DNA of 64,000 nt from Narcine bancroftii (GCF_036971445.1 NC_091471.1:100130001-100194000); one strand, 5' to 3'; shown: positions 48,087 through 61,706, numbered from the stretch's first letter. A program made the numbers and translations. The notes: a model not told the origin generated them from the letters alone.

Positions 48087-51000
48087 TGAGATAGTACGGA
48101 TTCTATCACCGATGTATATATTGTACTATAGGATGGCTGTGATTGGCTGAGAGCGTAGCCACGCCTACTGGCAGGTCTTAAAGGGTTGCTCCTAGCCAGA
48201 CCCAGATTATTCTGGACTAGTCAACCTACATGTGATATGCTCCAATCTTTTAGTTAATAAAAGCCTTGGTTTGGATCAATAAGTCTTTGATTCTTTTGAC
48301 GTGCACTACAATTTTATTAACCAAAACGTTTTCTAGGGATGGAGCGTATGCTATGACCGGAATGCCTCAACATTGACCCGCAGTCAGCTACTGCCCCAAA
48401 TTACTTCAAGCACTGGGTGAGGTGTTTCAAAGCTTACCGTGGAGGAAGACGGCCATCGACTGCTAGTATTGATGTCTATGGTGTCCCCGAGGGTCTATGA
48501 GAACATCCAGGACGCAGCCACCTACACAGTAGCCATGAAGGTGCTGAAAGGACTCTACGAGCGACCTGTGAACAGGGTTTATGCCTGGTACAAGCAGGTG
48601 ACCAGGAGGCAACTGTCCGGTGAGTCCTGTAGAGCTTACCTCCAAGCACTAAGGGTACTGGGCAGAGCCTGTGCCTGCACAGACAGAACTGCTGCTGAGA
48701 TCACTGACGATCTCATTCAGGATGCTTATGTGGCCGGGGTCCGATCGAATGAGGTGAAGCAGTGCCTGCTAGAGCAAGGGGGACAAAACCTAGAGGACGC
48801 AACCCGGATCGCAGAGACGATGGAGGCTGCAGTCTTAAGTATGGATGCTAACTCTCAAGTCTGGACCCCACGCTATGAAGTGAGTAGGATGCCTCTCCTT
48901 AACTCTACTAACCCACAGCCCACTGATGGCCTGTCTGCCACCGCTACCCTGCCTGATTCGACCTGAAGTGCTACTTCTGTGGGAGGGATAAGCACAGCAG
49001 GATCCAGTGTCCTGTAAGGAAAGCCAGGTGCCAGAAGTGCCTTAAAAATGCCACTTTGCTGTAGTCTGTGGCTCCAAAATGGCCACCATCAAACATAGTT
49101 CCTCGTGTGAGGCCCAACCACCATCCCCTCATTCAAACCTCTCTTCATCAGAGCTCTCGTCCAATGAGAGCGAGGGCTCGATCGCGCGGCAGCACCTGAA
49201 GTCATGGGCAGGCACTGAGCGCAGAAGGGACACTCCACCCTCACCGCGATGACGTTGGCCTGCTTGGACCACCAACAAAGAGCAACGGCTGCCCAGGCCC
49301 CGGCCTCGACTCAAGTGACCTCAGTGACGGTCGCCTCAGCCATGATTCTGGCCCAGACTTCAGCGACCACTGCCGCTGACCTGGTAACTGCTGCCAGCGC
49401 CACAGACCAGGTAACCGCCATGGCTACCACTGCTGCCACTGATGCTGCTGACCAGGTACCCGCCGCCGCTACTGCTGATGACTGGCCGACCGACCTTCCC
49501 ACCGCTGACTGCAAGCAGCGACCCCCAGCACTTACCGTTGGCAGCCCAATGGCCCCAGCCGGCTGCAAACAGCAGCCCAAGCCACTCGCCACCAACAGCC
49601 CCAGCCCGACTGCTCCAGTGACGTCACCACGCACACATAGTGCACTTCAGGCCCAATGCTGAGTGATGTCATCACGCAAGACTCCACTATCCCCAGCACA
49701 GGTCGCTGCATCAGTGACCCTGGACCAAGACTGCCCCATCCCCTCACAAAAGCGGTGGAACAGATTAAAGTGCACGGACACCATACTAACTGCTTATTTG
49801 ACTCGGGGTCAACTGAGAGTTTTATCCATCCAGACCTAGCCAACTGTTGTGGACTGGTCATTCTCCCCACTGACCAAAAGACTTCATTGGTGACTAGATC
49901 ACACTTGACTGGAGTAAAGGGGTATTGCGTGGTGACCCTAAAGTCCAGAGCATCACATTTATCGATTTTAAAATGTTGGTCCTCCCTCAACTGTGCCACC
50001 CATATTGCTGGGACTGGATTTTCAGTGCCAGTTCCGAACTGTTTCCCTGCTGGGGAAACTGGGGCCCCACGCACCACTCTCTGTCTGTAACCACACCACC
50101 CCGGAGGCTTCCTGCCAGCGACAGCCTACACCACCCGCCCCCATGCCCCACATGTAGCCTCTCCACTCTCCGGGTTACTCCTCCAGTACTCTTCGCAAAC
50201 CTCACCTGTGGCTGGAAACCAGTGGACACCAAAACCCAGCAGTATAGTTACGAGGACAGGAAATTTATCACAAGCGAGGTGCACAGACTGCTGGACAAGG
50301 GCATTATCGAACCTAGCTCAAGTCCCTGGAGGCCCCAGGTGGTGGCTGTTAAAAATGGGGAGAAGCTGCAGATGGTGGTTGACTACAGCCAGACAATCAA
50401 TCGCTTTTCGCTTCTGGATGAGTACCCCCTCCCACGGATCATGGATGTGGTGAATCAGATTGCCCAATACCGTATGTTCTCCACCATTGACCACCATTCG
50501 GCCTATCACCAGCTCCCGATCCGCCAAGAAGACCAGCCTTTCATGGCCTTCTAAGCAAATTCCTCAGGGTACACTTTGGGGTCATGAATGGCTTCGCGGT
50601 TTTCCAGCGGGAAATGGACCAAATGGTCGAAGAGAACGGGTCAACAGCTACTTCCCATATCTGGACAACGTCACCATCTTTGGCCATGACACGGAGGATC
50701 ATGATGACAACCTTGAGAAATATTTTCCAGACTGTGATTCGGCTGAACTTAACCTACAATTTCGACAAATGCGTCTTCTGGACCACTCGGCTAGTGTGGT
50801 GGAGAACAGGGTGGTAATGCCAGACCCTGACCGCATGTGTCCCCTCATGGACCTGCCACACCCCGCCCCCCACACCCAAATGGCACTCAGCTGCTGCCTG
50901 GGCTTCTTTTCGTACTACGGCCAATGGGTTCCACACTACGCCGACAAGGCACAACCACTTATCAAGACCAGCTCCTTCCCGCTGTCAACCAAAGCCAGAG

Positions 51001-52866
51001 CTGCCTTTGATTGCATCAAATCAGACATCATCGCTGCAACGCTGCATGCCATCGACGAGTCCATTCTGTTCCAAGTAGAGAGCAATGCATCTGATTTTGC
51101 ATTGGCGGCCCCTTTGAACCAGGCCGGCTGGCTGGTAGCCTTCTTCTCCAGGACCCTCCAGGGCCCTGAGAGCCAACACTCTTCTGTCGAGAAGGAGGCC
51201 CAGGCCATAGTTGAAGCAGTACGTCATTGGAGGCACTACCTCACTGACAGGCGCTTTACACACCTGACCGACCAACGTGCAAACTCCTTCATGTTTAGCA
51301 ATACCCAGCGAGGTACGATCAAGAATTACAAGATCTCTAGGTGGAAAAATCAAACTCTCCACCTTCAATTATGACATACTGGTAAGCTCAACGACCCGCC
51401 AGATGCACTCTCCAGGGGGATGCACCAACATACAACTGGACAGGTTTCAGAGACTCCACGAGGAGCTCTGTCATCTGGGGGTCACTAGGTTTGTGCACTT
51501 TGTTAAGGCCCTCAACAGTTGAGGAGATTCGCTCCATGACCCGAGCCTGCCCGGTGTGCACTGAGTGCAAGCCCCACTTCTTCCACCTGGAGAACACCCA
51601 CGTCATCAAAGCCACCCAGCCATTTGAATATCTAAGTGTGGACTTCAAGGGGCCCCTACTGACGACCAACCATAACACCTACATTCTTACAGTGATCGCC
51701 GAGTACTCTAGCTTCCCATTTGCTCTGCCCTGCTCAGACATGACTGCCTCCTCAGTCATAGAGGACTTGCATAGCATCTTTGCCATCTTTGGGTACCCCA
51801 GTTACATCCACAGTGACCGGGGATCCTAGTTTATGAGTGCAGAGCTACGGCAGTACCCCCTGGAGCACGGTATTGCTTCGAGCAGGACCACCAGCTATAA
51901 CCCACATGGTAATGGGCAGGTCGAAAGAGAGAATACCTCCGTCTGGAAAGCGGTCACGTTTGCCCTCCAGTCTAAAGGCCTCCCCACCACTCTCTGGCAG
52001 GACGTACTCACTAGTGCCCTACACTCCATCTATTCCCTCTTATCCACTGTGACACATGACTCTTTCATGAGGAAATATGAATTGGGAACAACCAACACCA
52101 GTGTGGCTCACTGTTCCCGGACCTGTCCTCCTGCGACACCATGTCCGCTACACAAAGAACGACCCTTTGGTTGACCGAGTGACGCTGCTCCATGCGAACC
52201 CGCATTACACATACATTGAGTACCCGGATGGGAGGGAGGACACGGTTTTGGTAAGAGACCTAGCCCAAGCCGGATGGGACCCGGCATTGCTCCCAACCCA
52301 ACCTCCTCCAAATCCTTCTCCCCAGGTCACGTGCTTGAACAGAGGGATCAGCACCACCCCACCAGTGGCAGTGGCAACAACTCAGGCCAGCCTGTCGACA
52401 ATCCCATTGGGGAATTCAGCGAGACAGGGCACGCACCCAAGGAGCCCACCAGCGACACGACTCCAGCGGCCCCAATCCCAGCACCACAGCGGTCACGCCG
52501 GGGTCACGCCGGACAATCAGGCCCCCCAACCTTTACAGCTCCTAACCTCCCACCAGTCTCTCTCTCTGCTCCCCCTTTTTTTATTTTTACAGCCCGCCAT
52601 TCACCCCGGGGTCAGTTCTCAAAGAAGGGGTGAATGTGATAGTACAGATTCTATCACCGATGTATATATGTGTATATTGAAGTATAGGATGGCTGTAATT
52701 GGCTGAGAGCATAGCCACGCCTACTGGCAGGTCTTAAAGGGTTGCTCCTAGCCAGACCCAGATCATTCTGGACTGGTCGACCTACATGTGATACGCTCCA
52801 GTGTTTTGGTTAATAAAAGCCTTGGTTTGGATCAACAAGTCTTTGATTCTTTCAGTGTGCACTACT
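48087..52866 (+). mobile_element. Full-length decayed Gypsy LTR retrotransposon
   Basis: LTRs 48087-48310 and 52635-52866, roughly 90% identical by eye. Gag ATG at 48339, CYFC..H..C knuckle, LFDSGS protease, YLDNV RT, RNase H (EKEAQAIVEAV), integrase HSDRG, PPT AAAGAAGGGG. Flanks GTCAC/GTCCC interrupt a LINE motif (NNIAL | KTKELIADFR). Confidence 0.95.
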
Positions 52867-53305
52867 GTCCCAAAACTAAGGAGCTGATTGCAGACTTCAG
52901 GAAGGGAAAACCAGAGGTATTTAATCCAGTGATCATTGGGGGAATCACAGGTGGAGAGGGTGAGCAAACTTAAGTTTTTGGGAGTCACTATTTAGGAGGA
53001 TCTTTCCTGGACCCAACACACCAATTGCATCATGAAGGACGCACATCATTTCCTCTACTTCCCCAGGAGTTTGCGGAGGTTAGATAAGACATCAGAAACC
53101 ATGGCAAATTTCTACAGATGTGTGGTAAAAAGTATGCTGATCAGCTGCATCATGGTCTGGTATGGGGACACCAATATGCCTGAACATAAAGCCCTTCAAA
53201 ATGTAGTGGGCACAGCCCAGGACAGCTTAGGCAAAACCTTCCACACTATCAGGGAACACTGCTGTCGGAGGGCAGCAGCAATCATCAATGATCCACACAA
53301 TCCAC
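52867..53305 (+). mobile_element. Rex-Babar/L2-like LINE fragment (target of the Gypsy insertion)
   Basis: KTKELIADFRK, LSWTQH, NFYRCVVKSMLISCIMVWYG. Confidence 0.8.
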
Positions 53306-53309
53306 ACAA

Positions 53310-55965
53310 CCTTGGTACATTGAAAACACATCCTGATAATTAGAATTAAATCCATTTAATTTATGTAGAGTATAATTGATGAAGAAAATTATATTGAACC
53401 ATTTGATATTTAGCATTTTAAATGTATTTGTAACACTCTCTTGATACAATTTGGACCATATTTCCTCCTGAATTTGTATATTCAAATCTTTCTCCCATCA
53501 TAATTTTGATTTATATAAATCTTTCTTCCTTTTAGTTCTGTGCAATTTTATATACATATTAATAAATTTCTTAATAATCAATATATCTGTTATATATCTG
53601 TCTTCAAATTCATTTTGTTCCAGGAGACTCAAATCTGTTCCTAATTTCATTTTTAAATATGATTTTAATTGATAATATGCAAAAATTGTATTATTTTGTA
53701 TATTATAGAATTATCTTTTAATTGCTCAAAAGTTTTTAAAAATCCCAAAAAACAATCTTTTATCCTCTGTATACCTTTACTTACCACTTTTACTTTTGCT
53801 GATCATGCAACACTTTTATTTAATTTACGAAAGTATGTGGAATCCCAAAAGCATTGTGTTTTAAACAAAAAATCCCATTCCAATCTATCAAATGCTTTCT
53901 CTGCATCTAACTCAACTGCTACTGCTGGTATCTTTCTATTTTGTGTGACATTTATCAAACTTAAAATTTTAACTATTTTATCTGCTGCTCTTCTATTTTT
54001 AATAAAACCAGTTTGATCCATGTTTATTAATTTTGGTAAAAATTTAACTAACCAATTAGCCAATAATTTTGGTACAATTTTATAATCCATATTCAATAAT
54101 GATAGAGGTCTGTATGGAAAAGGTTTTAAATAATCTTTCCCTTTCTTTGGAATGACTTATTAATGCTGTTTTAAAAGATTCTGGTAGTTCATGCACTTCT
54201 TCCATTTGGTTTAATACCTCCATTAATACAGGTACTAATAACCCCTTAAATTCTTTATAAAATTCTGGTGGAAAACCATCTTTATTATTCTCTAATGACA
54301 TCAAAGTCTCATAGATTTCTACTTCAGAAAAAGTATTAGATAATTCTAATTTTTCATCTTCATCTAACACAGGTAATTTTACTTGTTGCAAATATCTCTT
54401 CTATTTTATTATCATCTTTCAAAGAATCTGATTAATAAAGTTTGGCATAAAATTCCTTAAAATTATCATTTATTTTCTGCATTTTATAGAAAATTTGATC
54501 AGTACTTTTATTAGTGGCAATTATTGCCCTAGAAACTTGCTCTGCCTTTAATTGCCATGCTAGTACTTTATGAGCCCTTTAACCTAATTTGTAATATTTT
54601 GTCACAATCTCATTATATTGCTCTCCATTCTGTAAGTTTGTATTGTATTAAATCATAATTTTGTTCATTCTAACAATATTCATTTCTCTTCATTTTTTTG
54701 CACTTGTATTTTTCCAACTGATCTACCTCTTTCATGTATTCCTTCTTTACCTTTGATCTCTTAAATATGCCTTAATAAAATCCCATATCGTAAACTTACT
54801 CATTGCTGAGTAACTTCAAAAAGAAAAAAAATTATCTGTGGTCTCATAAAGTCACAAAGTTCTTTTTTCTTCAGTAAATGTTGTATTTAACCTCCACCTA
54901 TAACCTATCTTTTGTTCTTCTTCCAACAAAATTGACAGAATTAAAGGTGAATGATCCAATAGAACTCTCGCTTGATACTCAGCCTTTTGTATTCTATATT
55001 GAAATTGTGCAGAAATTAAAAACATATCCATTTATGTCAAAAAGAGTTAAAAATATTTCATCTTAACCCCATGACTTTCATTAAATCTATTGCTATTTTA
55101 GCTACTTTATTTTTCATCATTTTATCTCCAAATCTATCTAATTTAGGGTCTAAAGTAAAATTAAAATCTCCCCCTAATATGATTTTTCCCTTAGTATTTG
55201 ATAATTGCATAAAAACATCTTGTACAAATTTACCACCATTTACATTAGGTGCATATACATTCATTAAGGTCCAATATATCTGATAATTTACCATAACATA
55301 ACTTCCTGCAACATCTACAATTGTGTCTAATATTTTCACTGCTATATTTTTATTTATCAATATTGCTGTTCCTCTAGCTTTTGAATTAAATGAAGATGCT
55401 ATTACAGTTCCTACCCAATCTATTTTTAATTTTCCATGTTCTTTTTCTGTCAAATGTGTTTCTTGTAAAATCTATTTTTGCCTTTTTCACATAAACTAAT
55501 ATTTTTTTCAGCTTCATTTGATTCTGTATCCCATTAATATTAATACTAATAAAACTCAATTTTCCAGCCATCGGATCACTAAATCTACTAACCATCCAAC
55601 TTTCCACTCCCATCTCTCTCATTATTAAAACACTAAGATTACATTTCATAATATTTTTGACATATTTAGGTGTATTGAGAAAAAGAAAAGAAAAACAGAA
55701 GAAAATAGAACCCCCCCCCCACTAATGGCGAACATTATTAATGATATGTCCTTAAAACCCTGATCTATACAAATTGTGGTCAAAACCACACCAGCACTCA
55801 TGACTCCATAGAAGTTAGTCCTTCACTCCCAACTCGCCAATTACTGTACTGTCCCTTATTGTATTAGAGCTATACAGTCTTTGCCAATTACAATTTTTTA
55901 TTAATTCATAGATCCATTTGTTTCCCTTATTTCAGGAGAAATACTCTAGCCAGCCATTTCCTCTT
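53310..55965 (-). mobile_element. L1-clade LINE fragment (ORF2 EN and RT N-half, then jump to C-terminal region)
   Basis: ORF2 start MAGKLSFISININGI at 55571; NVYAPN, ILGGDFN, DQTGFIKNR, LDAEKAFD. Confidence 0.85.
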
Positions 55966-56310
55966 GTAACAACAACAAGGGTTTTGAATAGGCTGAACTT
56001 ATAACTCACAACCCATCTTCAAAATGGTGTTTTTTAACAAGCTTGCCATTTTGCAGCCTCAACTGCTACTGTAGAACTGACTTCCCTCTCTCTCTCTTTC
56101 TCTCTGAGAGAAGAATCCTGTTTATTTTTTCTCTCTCTCTGCTTGTAAAATCCAAATGACCTCTCCCAAGGTTCATCTACAAGTATGACCCAGAAGTCCA
56201 GAATTATTACCATTTTATTTCACTCCCCTTTCCCTGCTCTAGCTCCTGTTACTCTACAAGTTCCAATAAAAGTTAAAGCAACAGCACTTCAAATTTTGAT
56301 TAAATACTCT
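55965..56310 (-). mobile_element. LTR fragment related to 32160-33300
   Basis: Shares AACTCACAACCCATCTTCAAAATGG and CTGTAGAACTGA followed by a CT run. Confidence 0.7.
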
Positions 56311-56335
56311 GCATTCTTCTGGACACAACATTCTT

Positions 56336-59300
56336 TTTAAACTTTATTTATTTGATCAAAATACAGATAATAAGTACCAATAAACTAAGCATGAACGATA
56401 TATTTTATATATATAAAAAAAAGAAAAAAAGAAAAAGGGAAAAAAAGAAAAAAAAGGAAACCCCCCCCAGCCAACTCTCCTGAGAGCCAAAAAGAGAAAG
56501 AAAATTAAAGAAAAATTAAGCATACATATTAAGATCTAATCAATGTAAATCAAAATGTAAATATTCTGAATATAACAACCACTTATTAATAAAAAAACTA
56601 TAGTTATCACGCGAAACATATGTGAATTTTTCCATTAGTAAACAATATCTCATCTCATTATGCCATCTATTAATATCAATCATATTCGTATCTTTCCACA
56701 TACTAGCAATACATTTTTTCGCTACAGATAATGCTAAATATACAAAAGCAAGTTGAAATTTATCTAATCCCAGATCTTTCAGAGGTTGCAAGCTACCCAA
56801 TAAAAATACTGTCGATCGAAAGGTATTTTAATCTTATACAGGTATTCCAGAAACAATTGTACTTTCTTCCAAAAAGATTGTATATATATATATATACATG
56901 ACCAAACCACATGAAAAAAAGTTCCAACAGCGTTACCACATCTAAAACACAAATCTGATTCATGAAAACCATATTTTTTTAACTTTTCAGGTGTTAAGTA
57001 TAATTGATGTAAAAAATTATAATTAATCATTGCATAACATGCATTTATCAGTCTAGTTACACTATCATAATAAATATCTGACCAATCATCCTCGGAAAAA
57101 ATAAAAACAATCTCCCTTTAGATTTATCCCAGCCCTTTTTATCCATACCATCCTGTAATATTTGATTCATAACTAAAATATAACCCTTCTCTGGTACCTT
57201 TATAAGAAAAGTCTCAAATTTAGTCATTTCAGATAAAGTCGTATCTCTACCAAGCACATGCTTTACCCCAAAGATCAAATTTGATAATAAAGAAACAAAG
57301 AATTCTTATCAATACCATAACTGTCCCTCATCTGATCAAAAGATAAAAATTTACCTTCTTTAAAATAATCTCCAAAATTTTCCACACCTTTAAATCTCCA
57401 ATGTAATAAACTTTGATTATGTATTGAGAAAGAAATAAGTTGATTATTATACAACGGAGTCAAGGCCGACAATTCACCACTAGAATCTATCATTTTCTTT
57501 TTCTTTGTCCATAACTTCATTAATTGTTTTAGTATAGACACATTATGTTGCCACAATGCATTTACACTTAATCGGACTGTTTAAACTTTGAACATTAAAA
57601 GTAGCAAACCTCAACTTTGACATATCTACTAATATTACTAAGAACTAATAATATCGATATATAAAAACTCAGATCAACGTAAATAGGCCCTCCAATAGGA
57701 GAAAAAGAAACCACAAATTAAAGACTAAATAAAATGAAAATGTAAAAAATAGAAAAAAAGATAGAGTAAAAAAATACCCAAAAAAACCTACCAAAAGGTA
57801 GTAATCCCTAAACCAAACTTGGGTGTGGATCACGCACTAGTAGCTGATGACTAATAGAACATAGAGCAAATCTCTCCCTCCCCAGCCAAACAAAGAATAC
57901 CAACAAGATATCATAATGAGATAAAAATAAAGTAAGAATAAGAAAGTTCTTCTATTCATCCAAGAGATTCCAAACTCAGCGACCCCATTTCAAGAGAAGT
58001 TAGATTCTTTCCATTCCCATTTCTCCCATTTCTACCATTTCTTCCATTTCCAGAACAACCAGATTTTTCTTTAGGAGACAATGGGTGGACTACTTCTTTG
58101 TCCTCTTACATCTGGCAATGAATCAGCAAAAATCATTGCTTCACACTCATTCTCAAAAAACCAAGATTGAAAGTTTCCACAAAACACCTTCAACACTGCC
58201 GGATAGTGAAAAGTAGACTTATAGCCTTTATGCCACAAAACTTCTCTAACTGGATTAAATCGATGCCGACGCTGAATAACCTCTTGACTCAAATCGGGAT
58301 AGAAAAAAACTCTACTATTCTGAATCATTAACGGAGCTTGTTATTGTCTCGCATTTTGCACTGCTAGATGAAGTATTGTTTCTCTGTCCAAATAATTCAA
58401 ACATCGAATTATCATGGGTCTCGGTGATTGACCAGGAAGAGGTCTTCTTCTTAAGGCTCTATGAGCTCTTTCCAATACCAAGCCTCCAGAGAAAAAAATC
58501 TTGCCCCAATATTTGTGGGATCCATTCTGTAAAAAAATGAAGAGGATCTTGTTCTTCCATACCTTCCGGCAAACCAACAATCTTCACATTATTCCTTCTG
58601 CTTTGAATCTCCAAATAGTCTACTTTCCTCTCTAACTCCTTCTCACATTCTCGCAATTCTTTAACGGATTTTTTCACCTCCATCACTTTTTCTGTATTAG
58701 AGGCCACTTGCTGTTTACATTCCAAAAAAGCAAACTGAATTTTTAAAAAATCTTCAGAAAATGCTTCCACACGTGCATTAACTGTAGTGAATTCTGACCT
58801 CATACTATCTTTCATTTGAGACAACTCTTGCATTATCGGCTGAGTGACAGTATTTAACAGATTAAATTGTAATTGAGAAAGACTCAACCCTGCTTTCTTT
58901 AACGTAGTGATAGAACCAGGTAACTGCAGCTCCTGCTGCAGCTCAACAGCAGGCATTTTAACAGTCTTACTGCGAATCTGAACTCCCAGCGACGGCACCC
59001 CCAACCTCTTCAGGAGATTGATGCTTGTCTCCCCCCACAACTCGCTGTTGTTTCAAGAACTCATGGATAATACCGAGCTCTTCAGGTTGGAGTACTGCCT
59101 GAGTGGTTTCAAACAATGGAGTCATTTTCCTGCGTGCTCCCTCTGTTAGAGTTAGCAGATTGCCAGAATCAGGACCCACTTCTTGGGAACACGCACCTTC
59201 CTCCTGAGAATGAGTAATTCCAGCGATATCCTTCTCCTGGTGAGTAGTAGTGATTTTTTTTTTCAGCTCCCACAGCCAATCTAGGCATGGAAGAAATTAA

Positions 59301-59539
59301 ACCTGAAGCTGTAGCAGGCTGTTTAGGCCCTAAATCTTCAGCACTCCGAAAATGTAGTTTCTTCTGCACTTGAGGTTTAATCTTTTTAGCATAAATGGCC
59401 ATAACAGTTCCTTAATACTTTAAACTAAGTTTTTTAAAAGTTTAAACTTGAAAACAAAGAGTTAAAAACGGGTTGTTAAAAGTCTGGCCAGAGAGGTCGA
59501 GATTACACGTCTAGACTCTACGCCATCTTGCCACGACCC
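56336..59539 (-). mobile_element. L1-clade LINE with both ends, ORF2 EN/RT missing
   Basis: 5' GGCAAGATGGCG; ORF1 (LEIQSRRNNVKIVGLPEG, ERAHR, FFYPDLS). The first ~22 ORF2 codons (MSKLRFATFNVQSLNSPIK, ATG at 57623) are joined to the ORF2 C-terminal region. 18-bp TSD TCTGGACACAACATTCTT at 56318-56335 and 59540-59557. Confidence 0.92.
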
Positions 59540-59959
59540 TCTGGACACAACATTCTTGAACAATTTTAGTTCATAATCATATGCGATATTTTTTTAAAAA
59601 GCAAGTGTTGATAATAATTCTACTGTTTGTTTAATTTATTCTACCCTTCTCCCCTTTCACATATCTTGTTTGTTCTTCTCTATCCGAACAATCCTTTACA
59701 CTCTTTCCTCTTGTTCTGGCTTCAAACTGTTATAGTCTATTTGCAGCAAAAGGAAACTTGATGCTTTTAAATGATATGACCAAGAATGTACTCTAGCCCC
59801 ACATTCTGTGGTTCCTTTCTAATATCTGTAATTGCAATACTGCCAGTATCAAAGATACTCCAAGAATAAACTTAATTTAATTAATCTATATATCACTGAA
59901 GATATTCAGACAATTGTGAATGTACAAAAATACTTTATAAACTATTATTTTCATTCAAT

Positions 59960-60295
59960 AAGATTGCATTTCTATTTAGAGCTTGTTCCACATACGAACT
60001 ACCCTCTCAATGAAAAAGTTGTCCCACGGGTCCTTCTTAAATCTTTCCCCTCTCACCATCAATCTATACCCTGTTATTCTAAAATCATTTAGTCTTGGAA
60101 AAATATTGTGACTCATTCACTTTATCCATGGCCCTCATGATTTTATATGCATCTAGAAGGTAACCTCTCAGCCTCCTCTGTTCTACGGAATAAAGACCCA
60201 GCCAATCTATCCCATCCACAGAACTCAAGCCCTCAAATCTGGGCAACATGCTGAGGAGTCTCTTCTCTGCCCCTTCCAATTTAATGACCCCCATT
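59960..60295 (-). mobile_element. CR1-like LINE 3' fragment
   Basis: LGLYSVEQRRLRGYLLDAYKIMR. Confidence 0.75.
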
Positions 60296-60339
60296 AAACT
60301 TAATGAAATTCTTGTGAGGTAAGTTAATGCTACATTATA

Positions 60340-61270
60340 ATAACATAAGAAATAGGATCAAGAGTAGGCCATCTGGCCCATCAAGCTTTTTCTGCCATTT
60401 AATGTGATCATGGATGATCTGAAGATAGGCTCATCTCCATCTACCTGTCTTTTCACCATATCCCTTAATTCCCTTACTATGTAAAAATCTATCCATCCTT
60501 GTCTTGAATATATTCACTGAGGTAGCCTCCATTGCTTCAACAAGCAGTGAATTCCATAGATTCACCACCCTCTGAAGAGTTCCTCTTCATCTCTATCCTA
60601 AATCTACTCCCCTGGATCTTGATACTATGTCTCCTGGTTCTAGTCTCCCCCACCAATGGGAACAATTTACCTATATCCATCTTATCTGTATCTTTCATTA
60701 TTTTATACATTTCTGTAAGATCTCTTCTCATTCTTCTAAATTCAAGTGAGTACAGCTCCAGATGACTCATCTCTCTTCATAGGCTAACCCCCTCATCTCT
60801 AGAATCAACCTGGTGAACCTCCTCAGCACCACCTCAAAAGCCAGTACAGGGTACATTCTTCCTCAATTAAGGAGACCAGAACTGCTCACAGTACTCCAGA
60901 TGTGGCCTCATTAGTACCTTGTACAGTTGCAGCATAACCTCCCTGTTCCTAAATTTAATCTCTCTAGCAATGAAGGCCAACATTCCATGCCTCCTTGATA
61001 GCCTGCTACACCTGCAAACCAACCATTTTTCAATTCATGCACAAGCACTCCCAAGTCCTGCATGGCAGCATGCTACAACCACTTTCCATTTGAATAATAA
61101 TCTGATCTTTCATTTTTCCTTTCAAAGTGGATAACCTTAAATGTATCAACATTGTACTGCATCGACCAGATGTTTGACCACTCATTTAATCTATCTGTAT
61201 CTCTCTGCAGACTCTCCATATCCTCTGCACAATTTGCTTTTCCACTTAATTTAATGTCATTGTCAAACTT
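60340..61270 (-). mobile_element. CR1-like LINE 3' portion
   Basis: LQRDTDRLNEW, LELYSLEFRRMRRDLTEMYKIMK; CR1-type 3' UTR ending near 60340. Confidence 0.82.
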
Positions 61271-61560
61271 AAAAGCATCATGCCTCTTAAAAATGGAAAA
61301 GAAATAATGCAACAACATCCCTTAGAAATGGTTTTCATATCCCAGTTTGGAAATTACATACACATCAATAAAACTATATTTCATTCCAAAGTAGGAAAAA
61401 TCTTGGGCTTGAGATAAACTTTAAAAGTATTGTATAATCTTGTTTAGGATTTATCTATTTAATGGGATGATGTCATATTCCAATCCCACATAAAATACCA
61501 TAAGTCATAGCTAATTAATAATAAAAATAATAAATAAGGCAGCTAATTTTTTTTTTACAG

Positions 61561-61706
61561 AGTTGGAATGGAAGCTAGCAAACACAGGAGCAATAAAGAT
61601 GAACTTAGAAGCAAACCCCAAAATGAAGACTGATGACATGACAAGATCATCTATAAAAAAATGTTCTGTTCAATACGCTGATGAAAGTGACCATGAAGAT
61701 GCCTGA
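61561..61706 (+). CDS. PDCL2: PDCL2 coding exon 6 (terminal)
   Basis: Poly-T tract then acag acceptor. Encodes (E)LEWKLANTGAIKMNLEANPKMKTDDMTRSSIKKCSVQYADESDHEDA-TGA. Spliced CDS totals 714 nt with no internal stop. Confidence 0.93.

Noticed and set aside
20435-48310. LTR at 20435 as partner of the 48087 element
   Set aside because: It has its own near-TSD (GAACG/GTACG) and belongs to a different subfamily.
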